A DNA stretch of 64,000 nt from Paragordius varius (Eukaryota > Animalia > Nematomorpha), in contig OZ176053.1 in the NCBI GenBank assembly GCA_964247055.1, forward strand, positions 11,780,001 through 11,844,000. Direction: 5' to 3'. The notes below the pieces were generated by a model. That model saw nothing but the letters and a program-made list of their open reading frames with translations, was not told where the DNA came from and did not search any database. Below, in pieces: positions 25,301 through 37,300 of the stretch. The position numbers and the translations under genes are program-made. Within the stretch, counting starts at the first letter, position 1. Every line of letters starts with the position of its first letter.

Positions 25301-28300
25301 CCGTTTCTTTGAATAGAATAGAATTATTTATTCCAAATTTTTCGAATATTAATCGATCTTTAAAAAAGTATAAAATAGTTGAGTTTCAATAGTTTGTATG
25401 TATCTTTTTTCTTAAAAAATACAAAAATAATAAAAAATGACCGTATCGATTACAATATAAAATCGATTTGTGTATAAAAACATATATTGGATTATGTGGT
25501 ACAAGGTCAATCAATCAATTCAATGCATGTTTTGACTGTAGTTTTATCCTTGACCATTCAACATATATTAATTAGTTAAAAACTTGGCTAAATGAATATG
25601 TTTATTTCATTTTTTATGGGTTAAGTTACATTACAATCAATGTTAATATAGACTTAAATTTTTAGTTTTTAATCAAATAAAAATGGCTACACGGGAATAA
25701 CTAATTTTAATTTTTGCAATCATTAATTAAGATGCGAATTACTTTATTTCTATTTCTACTGTGCACTCCTACAATCAAAAAATTATTAGATGCAACAAAA
25801 CAACTAAAAATCAATAAATGTATATTCGTTGGGATTATTTAACCTGAAAGATTTATTTATTATGTTGCATAAAATACTCTCTTCCTATGAATCATGTTTT
25901 TGAATATATTTTTTTCATTATCTCAAATTTTGCATTGTATTTGTTTTTTGTTTGTTTTTGGCGTAAATTTATTTTAAAAAAATTAAATCAGAAAAAAATA
26001 AAATATTATCAGGATCTTTGATTAGGCGTCCTAAAATTGAATGTGTCCCCAAAAGCCACATATATGAAAAAGTTCATGCTAAGATATGGGAAATATATGA
26101 TAATTAATTATTATATATATTTAACGAAAATCGTTCTGTTAACAAGGTTAAATTTTAAACAAAATATATAATATACTCTTGGAAAAAATGAAAAAAAAAT
26201 CATTAAATGTTGTTCAATAAACATGATTGGGAAACACCCGATGTTTATCTGAAAATTAATATTTTTTGTAATGTTATGTGAATATATAAAATAATAGAAT
26301 TAAGTTTATATATTTTTCATTTAATTTTATGTGTGAAAATTTTACACCAATTTTAATCCGACACTTCCTGCAAAAGTAATTTATTTATTTAAATTTCTTT
26401 TGTTTTAAATCAATTTTGGAGTTTTATTATCAAGCATATTTTTGTTGGCCTTTTTATTTTTAAAAATATTATATTAATTTAATACTTTTAGATAACTTTA
26501 TACATGGCTTTAGGTTGACAATAATAATTACGAATTTTGCAATTGTGTAAAATTTGTGACAAGAGCAACTATATTTCCTGTTTTTTATTATATTTTTTTA
26601 TGAGACTTAAAAGTTTTGAGATTAACTAAAACAAAATTTTGCTTAAAACAATAGGGATTAATTTTTAAAACCTTCGTTTAAATTCAATAACATAGATTTG
26701 ATGAAACTTCCCAATATTATCAACATATATTTATTGGTAACAGAACAATTTCGGGCTTTAATCGCACAAACTTTTAAACCTAAAACATGTATGTATGTTT
26801 CATTGTATTTATATGTTAGATATTAATGCACATGTATGTATATATATATATATATATATTTGTAATAATATTTAATTGATCTAATATTTATGAATATCAG
26901 TAGTTTTTTATTGGAATATGTGGAGATAATATTATTTATATAAGTTTTGAAAACCAATCAATATAATTAATTAATTGCATTACATTGTATTTTGGTACTA
27001 AATTCAACTATCTCTAACTATACTAATGTTTGGACATTTTCCATTCCTTCCAAACTATCAAATGCATACACATAGTCTTTAAATACATTCCGCCTTTCAA
27101 AAAAAAACCCCTTATAAATAGTCATTTGACGAAAACATGAAATCGCGACAGGAAGGGTCTTTGGCCAAACGTATGAGGCCCATTCCATTAAATGAAATAA
27201 CAAACCTATCAAATTATTTTACCGGACAAAGTTTTCAACTTCCAGACAATAGCCTAATAATGACAGATAATGCCACGAATATCAATGGCCAGTTATTAAA
27301 GGATGATCCTGAAAAGATTACTGCTTACATTTTATCCAATGAGATAGCGGGTCAAGATCCACAAACTGAACAAAATAGTTTATATAATGATAAGGAATAT
27401 GTTGGACCCATTTCCATATTCACCTTTCACGAAAATATATTTGACTGTAAACCAAACAATGACAGCTTTACGGCAAAAGAATTTCCGTTTCCCTATCATG
27501 CTGCCACAGAAAAGGCTCAAACCAGCGAATTGTTTGATGATTTTTTTACAGCCGATACATATGATGCCTATAATAATGCGAGCCATGCATATAACATTGC
27601 CCATGAGCGACCAATTTTGCAACCGACTGCGCAAAAAATCAATGAAATTAAAGTCCAATTTGATTCGAACAATCCTAACACACACATCGAAGGGTATGAG
27701 GGCATGGAAAATTCGATAATTGAAAGTATTGAAGAAAGTATGAAAAAATATAAGGAAGCTTCAATGCCGGAAGATGGTTCATCCTATCCTCCCTACTTCA
27801 CACGTGTCCTTCTGCCACAATTTGTGCATGAAAGTTATGAGAGTAAATTTTGGTGTGAGCTTAAAGGCCATCCCAAACCATACGTCGTTTGGACAGCTGG
27901 AGGTGCAGAAAAAATTAAAAGCTTTGGGCAAAATAATAGCCCACCACCACCTAATCAAACTACAGTTTTGCATACAAACTTTGGTAGTTCTCATTTCCAT
28001 CGTGAAAGCATAGAACTAGCATTGGGTGAGAAAACACGATTCTCCATAACTTATGATTATCCCAGGAGTGAGTTAACAATTTTTAAGACAAAACTTAGTG
28101 ATGCAAATATCTACACCTGTGAAGCAATAAATGAAATAGGTAATGCATTGACATCAACCTCATTAAATGTGTGGCCTTTAAACAATGACATAATCGGAAT
28201 CAATGGTTTACCGTTGAATGAAAATGAAAATAAAAACCAAAAAAGAAAACACCGAATTCATCGAACAACTAAAATTACAAATATTATCCAGGAAATTCTT

Positions 28301-31300
28301 GCGGATCAAACTATTTTGGAGGATGATAGCATGGAAACGGATGCGGCAGAAGAAGAAGAATTAACAAACATTGCAATAAATGAAATAAAAATTGATTTTG
28401 ATGAAAATGAAATGAACTCAGAACTGCTTGCATCATTATTACAAAATATTGAACAAGATATTCCATCTTGTCCTGAAATATTAACAAAACCAAAAATTAA
28501 AAAGAAAAAACGAACTACCCCCTATAATTCTAGCACGGATACATCATCGGACGAAGAAACAATGGGTAAAAAAATTAAGACGGAAATTATGTTAGATAAA
28601 ATACCATATGGATCTCTTGATACTGATGAAATAACCCTAGCAAATAAAACTGATATTGTCAAATTTTCGGAAGAGATAAAAGATGCCGTAACTTTAAAGT
28701 GTTTGGAAGAAATAACAAAAAGAAGAGTTGATTCAAATAAATTTTCTGATATTGATATTAAAGTGAATGTTGAAGAGAGTGACGGAGACGATCAAAATCC
28801 ACCAAGGTTTGTTCAATCACTGAATCCAATATATGGTCAAAAAAATAAAAATATTATTATGAAATTGAAAATAAAAGGGAATCCCCCACCTCAAATTAAT
28901 TGGTATAAAGGGCCGGATCAAATTTTAAATGATCACATTGTATCGATCGGTGAAATGGAAAGCATTATTGAATCAGCAATTGCAAGCTTTTCTTTAACAA
29001 ATAATATGGCAGACGTTGAAAACAGAGGCGACAATCTGTTGACAAAAAAAATTTTATATTCATATAAATATCCGGACATTTTATTGTTCATACAAAATGT
29101 TGAAGAGTCGGACGAAGATGTATACACATGTGTGGCACATAATGATTTAGGCAAAGCTACCACATCGGCTTATCTAAAATTGGCTGGAGAAGGTTGGTTT
29201 ATGCATTTATAAAATTAAAGACGCGACTTTTTATATAATAAAGTAAGGATTTGGCATTGGATTAGTAAATAAATTTATGTCTTTTAAAGACCAAATTATG
29301 TGGATTCTGATAAATTCAATAATAGCCGATAAAAACATGATAAAAATATATTTATAATTTTTTCGATAAAAAATGAAAATGATTATGCAAAGTCTTTCAA
29401 GGCAAACATACTCAAAATTTGATGTATAAACACTGATGTTTAAATTTTTATAACATCATTCTTAATCAGACTATTGGCACATTGTATTTTTGCATATATT
29501 TTCGATTATAGACACGAACATATTCTCGAACTTAAGATTAAATAAATTAATTATGTGTGTATACCTAGCATGAAAGGTAATATTTTATCATTAATCTTAT
29601 CACCCCACACCGTTGTTTAATAGTTTGATTATATATTTATATAAATATTTTGCTTTTTGTAGGAACACAGCCGGATACCACAACTGATGAAATTAGGATG
29701 AGAACTTCAACCATTGATGAATCCCGGTTCTCTGAAACTTCTATCATACGTCGGAATTCAAGAGATGACACGCTATCCTCACCCCAGTTGACAGGGGCAC
29801 CTATCATTCTTTCCCCCTTGAAAGATGGACACTTGGTGTTAGATGCATCAAAATTGCGTGATCAGGATATTATAATTCGTTTGGAGACTTGTATTGGTGG
29901 CCAGCCCAGACCAAAGGTCACATGGTACAAAGACGGGAAAAAAATTGAAACTTTAATACGTAGCTCCGAAGAAACGTACAAACAATTGTTTGACATCTAT
30001 GAAGAGCAGCAAGACAATAAATACATATTGGAGATTAACTTATCCCACATTTTGGACAGCCCAAGAGTGTTGGGTAATATAAATGGCACTTATACTTGTG
30101 TAGCCACAAATTACTATGGCGAATCATCCACTTCCTCAAAAATAATTATTCAAATCGGTATGTTTACCATTCGTTTTACATAGTTATATTATGCTATAAA
30201 TATAAAGAAGCTTTCCAGTATTTTTGCTATAAAGACACAAATCAAATGGTTTTTTATTTCTCTAGACACAAGCACTCACCCGGAAACTACATTAAAAGTA
30301 ACTATTGATAAAGATCAACCAGATGTCACATTTGAAGAAAAACAAGGGGCTGATAAAATTTGGGCTTCAGATTCAGAAAAAATCGAAGTTAAAGAGGAAA
30401 AGCTATATACTTCTCCGGATCATGGAATTTCGCCTACAAAAGCTCCAATATTTACAAAACCTCTTGGTAGCCAGGTAAATTTGATTGTATAATAACTCTT
30501 AAAGCATACCTCGTAAGTTCATAACTTATGATATAACCAATGATATCAGTTTAAAATAAAAAACTTTTACCTTATAGTTGATAAATCAATTTCTATAAGC
30601 CATATTAATCTATGAATCAGTATTTCGATTTTAGTATTGAAATTTTTAATTATCATTATTTAATATATTATTAATGACCAAATTTTTGAATAGAGGACAA
30701 TGATATTATCAAAAATCGCATAAAACGATTATAGGTTGCGGCTTTTGCCCAAATTTTAATCAATATTAAAATTTTTGAATATTTGGATAAGCCAAAAAAC
30801 TGGGAATTAATTAGCAATTACCGGATTATTTTTCCAACATTTGTATAAATAAACATATGTAGTTATGACCGACCTACATGTTCATCGGTTTATAATCTAA
30901 TAGCGAAGTTATTAGTAAAATTGGCTATTTAAGATTAGCCCTAAATTTAAGTAATGAATTTTTCATTTATTTTTATCAAAGATCGAGACTAAGATTCACT
31001 CGTAAAAAATTGTTTTTATTATTGTATATTAAATTTTAATTATTTTGCATTTTGATTGAATTATTTTATAGAAATTTCGACTCGTTGCCAAATAAAATGC
31101 ACAGATTATATGAGTCAGATTAAAAATCATAAATAATATTTTGTATTTTGTTATAATAAGTGTAAACGGATAATAAAAAAATTATTTGAAAAAGCGAATG
31201 ATGTCTATAAAAATACAAGAGCTATCTATTATCTGTAATTACTTCGCCCTAGTTTCTATAAAAGAATATTTGGCCCCAAGTTTAAAACAATAAGTTTTAA

Positions 31301-34300
31301 AAATCGATTCTCTTCGATTAAAGGTTATCGAAGTCAAAATTGATGAAAATGGGAGGCCCATATACCCAGAAGATATTGTATTAGAATGTCAAACCGAATC
31401 TGAATCCCAGTCAGAGGTCAAATGGTTTTTTGAAAAATCACATAGGCAGGATCATGAAAGGCAACCGGCCTCAACGACTCAAATACATGAAATGTTTGAA
31501 GAGAGTCCAGGTCCGCGGAGAAAGATTCTCACTAAAACTAGCATAACAAAAACTACGACTATCACAGAAGAATCGACTACAAGGCGAGAAATATTGGATG
31601 AAACTGAGACATATGGCGAATCACGCTATCACAAATATTATTCCCCAAAGGATGGCAAGTAAAAATATTAATCTAAAAATTGTTTAACGTATATTATAAT
31701 TTGAACTAATTTATTCGCAAAAATTATTACAGAATATTGTTATACATAACTAATGTCGGACCCCAAGATGAAGGCACATATACGTGTGAAACAAAAAATG
31801 AATTGGGCCAATCCAGCACTTCAGCAACCATCACATTTAAAGGTATCCAATTTAACCGATTTAAATGAGAAAAGGAATGGAAAATTTTATGTATTGCGAT
31901 TTATGTCTTTGAATATTTTTTCTCAAATTTAGTTTGTATAATAATATGTTTAAAATTTATAATAACAATAACAAATTATCTATCAGTGAGTGTCATTTCA
32001 ATTTTAAAAATATTTAAAATAATAACATAAAATTAAAGACTATATTTTATGGTATATAGAAACAACCAGTGAGCACGAATATGAAGAATCGTCAAATAAA
32101 ATTACCGAACATCGGCAATTTCGTAATTGATTTTACATTGTTTATTTAATACGCTCATGTGAAGAGACATACTAGTGTTTGAAAAATATATTTAAATTGG
32201 TTTATAAAGGTAAAGTAATTGTATGCCAAAAGAATGAAAATCTGTTGTTGTTTTTAGAGAAAGGAAATTTAACAATTATTTCCAAAACTATTTTGTACCA
32301 AAATTAAATTTTAATTCCTTGATAATAGAAATATTTTTTATATTTTTGGAGCAAATTCGTATCCAATAATTTTTTGTAGTTTTATGATGTTTTTACGGTT
32401 TCTCTTAATTATAACAAAAAGCAAATATCTTAATATTTAAATATATGGAACCGATATCTAATCATATAATCAAAAAAGGTGGAACTGATACTATAATATT
32501 TTTCGCCATAGAATTTTTTAAAACCAAAATCATTTCGTCTGGGTGGCTTCAAAAAATTTGCGTCAGATACAAAAATAGAACACCTCAATAGGGCGGTTTC
32601 ATTAAAGGCAAAATGCATTTGATAATCAAAAAATAAAGGGGAAAGCTAACTTTGTAATATGGAAAAAATTTAATTGGTTAATGATTTTAAATTGTTTTTT
32701 TGGTACACATTGGATATTTAATTTTTGCTTCCTATATTTGAATATACCAGTGTATGATTATGGGTTTTTAATTTGGAACGATTTTATGCAATTTACGACC
32801 CAAAAAAACACTCTATCAAGTATTTATTTTTTAAAACAAATAACTTAGGCAAAATTCCATATTGAACCAAACAAAAGACTGACTGGACCACTGTTAAACT
32901 GAAATTATTAAACTCAATATTTGCAATTTTTTTATGATTTTATACAGTGTGTAATGCACTTTTATAAAACTTTCCAGCATATTTGTTTTAACTTTTATCC
33001 AATACTTTTTAAACTTATTAGCAAAAGACACATCGCCTTCCTATCCAATTATAGAGGAAATCCGTCATATACCCACTACCTATGAAGGTAATTTTAATTT
33101 TTCAATATCTCTAAATTATTTTTTGACTACATATAGCTCAAAAAGTTTAATAATAAAAAATATATACCAAATCAGGTTTTAAATGCTGGTTTAAGTTTTA
33201 TTGCAATTGCCCAAGATATACAAATATTTGGTGTTTTGGCTTAAAGAAGAAGTTTACAATTCTATCCGAAATCGATAGATAATTTCTTTTGAAACGAGAT
33301 AAAGTTAATTAACCCAAAAACTATATTTTATTTGCTCTTTAATTTGAACTAATGCGCCAGATCCTTAAATATTTAGTAGTTTTCAACTATGGCAATGCAT
33401 GATAGGGCACAGCTAGTGATAGATAAAATAATATCTTTTTTAAAATCTTTCAATATTTAAGCATATTTATAATAAGCGAATTTCATAAGTAAACCTAAGA
33501 ATTAACGAGGTATTATGCATAAGTACATAATATATAGATTTTATTATAAATTTTAACCAGAGCTTTTCTGATTAAACTAACCCTTTTTGTAATTAAAATT
33601 GTTGGAGCTAGTGCGTAACTATAAATGCGTATCTAATTAAAATATATTCAACTCATAAGATTTTACTTTATATTTTAAAAGGTTAAAACCAATATACTAG
33701 TAATCAGCTGTTTGTATGCATTTTAGTTTTTGTATCTATTTCTTTTATATTGCGCTTAAACCCCTCCCAAAAAGTACGAGCGCAAACATTATATAAATAC
33801 ATATAATATATTTAAATCTTAACCAATTTAAAGCAAACACCCTTATATTACAACTAGCTTCTGTCCTAAAAATGGTGCCGGACCGAGAAAATGTGATCGA
33901 AAGCGAGGCTGGAGACGATATTGAAATTATTTTAGAATTTCCCGAAAGTGAACGAACCTTCCGCCCATTATGGACTAAAAATGGACAAGAAATAAACATG
34001 TATGAAGATAGGGAACATAAGATAGAAACATTCGTCGAAAACAGAAACGTCACCTTAAAGATTGACACAATAACGCTAAGTGATGCAGGCCATTATGTTT
34101 GTCATTACGGTCCAAGGCAAATATCCATTAATATTATTGTGAATCAGAGTAAGATTTACTAAAATAGATAAAAAATTAATAAAATATTGTTCCATTCAAA
34201 AATTGATGGCAAAAAATTTGTATATTACTATTTTGTGTTATATCCCAATGATATTTAAATTTTCTGTTGCATTTATTTTCATATTATTATATAGAACAAT

Positions 34301-37300
34301 ATCCAACGTTAATACGAGAAAAAGAAATTACTACCAAAGAAACTTTTGAAGAGACGCAAAATACCATAAATAAATATCTTTTGGAAGAATCTTTAAGTCA
34401 CACAGGTAAAAACTAATAACTACAAAATGGTTTTTGGTATTAAGCAGGGATGTCTAACATGCGGCCTTCCGAGACATTATGTGCGGCTCGCGAAAGAAAT
34501 AAAATACAATATTTCAAAAATATGCTCCCAAAATCTTAATAAAAATTATGTTATCAAATTTTCTGAATGATTATATATAACTGGCAACAAACTAGAAAAA
34601 ATGTTAAATTTTGTTTGCATTTTTGATAATTACGTTCGAAATCTAAGATATTTATTAATGCATAATATTTCGGATGCGGCTTTCCGAGTTTTTCAGTGAA
34701 AATGCGGTTCCCCAGTCTATTTGTGTTGGACACGCCTAGTATTAAGGACAATTGGGTAGAATTTACCCATCTATGTAACGATACTTAAGCTATTAAGAAT
34801 TTAACCATTTTAAGGTCTTTTAATAAATTTAAAAATTTTTGCTGTAAATGGTATGCTTAATGAAGATTGTTGTGATTGAATATATGTACCGTTTATTTAT
34901 TATATATTTTGTCAAAATTTTTATTTTTCGCCAATGTTAAAACTAAAATAAATTATAATAATATTATTTTGTGATATTTTAACTTCAAATTAATTTATGA
35001 CCACAATTTTTTATTGGCTAGACTCTTTTAGAAAAGAACCACAATTAGAAATACACAGAGAAAAACCTCACCTAGAACATGAGATAATTCTTCATGAACA
35101 TCCTAAACCAAACATTACAAGTTATCATTCTTTTATTGTATTTTGAGAATATATCGTTAAAAAGGATCAAAAGCTTATAAATTATATATCTATAAATTCT
35201 TATCTTTATAAAAACTATTTATATAATTACCTATTAGTTGATGCAACAATAGAGCATCCGACAAAACCGTTAATTAATGTTGACTACAAAGTTACAACCG
35301 AAACTAAAGAAGACACCGCAGTTTCTGTTAAAAGGTATCATGAATTTTGTAAGCAAGCCATTAAATTTTTGAAGCATTAATTTTTTTATACGATTATTAA
35401 ATTTAAATAGAAACAAACCCATAGAAACCCATACAACCGTGCTCATTGAAAAAATACCCCAATTTCAAAGGCATAATATTATTTTAATAAAAAAAATAAT
35501 GAAAAACGTCGTATTATTGTTTTAGTTATAAATATTAGTTTTATCTAGATTAATTAATAAATATTTTTTTAGCGATCGCGAGCATATGGAAATTTCTGAA
35601 AACGAAGAAATATATAAGGGTGAGTTTACATATATTTTTAATAAATTTAATGTAATCTAATGGTTTATAATATTTAGAAATTCATACGCCACCACCATCC
35701 AAACCGTTATATCTTGTGCCCATTAATACCGGTAATTTTATCATTAAGTGTGCAGATGATATGCATGAATTTATAAATTATAAAATTGAAACCGAGATTG
35801 GGTCAAACCTTGTTATAGAAATTACAAATCTTAATCCTAAAAGAGTTATGTTATACAAAGATCAAAAACCTATTGTTTCATCGAAAATTATTATTGAACC
35901 CAGCGAAAATGGCATATTTATATGTTTCAACGATATCACAGAAACTGATATTGGCGTTTATGAGTTAAAAACAGAAGATCGTGACTATTTTTTTGAATTA
36001 GTTGTAAAAGATCATATAATGAGTGCTAATAAAATAGATAAAATGATTATTGAAAGTTGTCTGGGAGATACTGTGGAAATTTCTTTGAATGCCGATAAAC
36101 CTCTAAAACAATGGGATTGGTATAAGGATAATAAAAAATTGGTGAATACAGACAAATATCAATGCGATGTCATAGATAAAAATTATATAATAGTGATACA
36201 TAATGTGGATTTTGAGGATCAAGGATTTTATAATTTAAGGCATGAAAGAGGAAATATTTTAGTAGAATTAGTTGTAAATGAAATCCCTTTAACCGACCAA
36301 ACAAAAGAAGTGGATGTCAAAGTATTGTCCAAAATTTATGAATCGGAAAATTTAAGTAATGTATGGCAATCGGAAAAAAAGGAAGTAATTGAATTGACTT
36401 CAGAAAAAACCATATTTTGCCAAAAGCAGAAAACTGAATACGGTTATAATAAGAATCTAACCTATCTGCATCATAATGAAGCAGCAATCTCCGCGGTTAA
36501 ATATTTGAATCAAATGGAACTTGTTAATGGAAATTTTATAGATAAGAATCAACAAATTAATATCAATGAAAGAGGTTTAGATCAACTTTAATATATATAT
36601 AGAAGAGAAAAATGAATTAAAGAAAGTAGAAAAAATAAATGCCTACTTAGGCGATACGGTTGAGATATCTGTTAGTCTGTCTCGCTATATCGAAGATGTC
36701 AAATGGCGCAAGGATAATATTGAGATATTGGAAGATGAACGGGTTAGGTTTGTACAGGAAGGCCTTGTTTACAAATTGGTAATTGGCAAGGTAGATGTAG
36801 AAGACAAGGGCGTGTACAGCCTTGAATTCGAAGGTCAACAAGTGAAAACAGAGGTGGTGATCCACGGTATCCATAAATGTTCTTATAATAATAATTAGAA
36901 GTGCCGGTCGAAAAGATGGAAGAAATTAATGTAGTCGAAGTTGAGGAGGGTGGCCGACTTGATTTGACAGTCACCTTGCCTCACATAGTCGACAAGGTGA
37001 TTTGGAAAAAGGACGAAACTGAGATTTTGACGGATGAACGCATCTTGTTTCGTCCTGAAGGTGTTACGCAAAGATTGGTGATATCCAAAGCTACTCACCA
37101 CGATTCCGGTGTCTACACGCTCGAGTTTGAGGGCGAAGAGGTCAAAACGCACGTCAAAATCAAAGGTTTTATCGTTCACGCTAATGTTTTATTAGAAATA
37201 TCAGTCGAAAATTTGGAGGAAATTCAAGTCATCGAAGCTGATGTCGGTGCTACGCTCGAGATATCCGTTACTCTGTCTCGCGATATCAAAGATGTCAAAT

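Noticed and set aside
27112-27127. TATA box plus initiator (tataaata, tcattt) before the large exon
   Set aside because: The spacing is ~10 nt rather than ~25-30 nt, and such motifs are frequent by chance in this AT-rich DNA.
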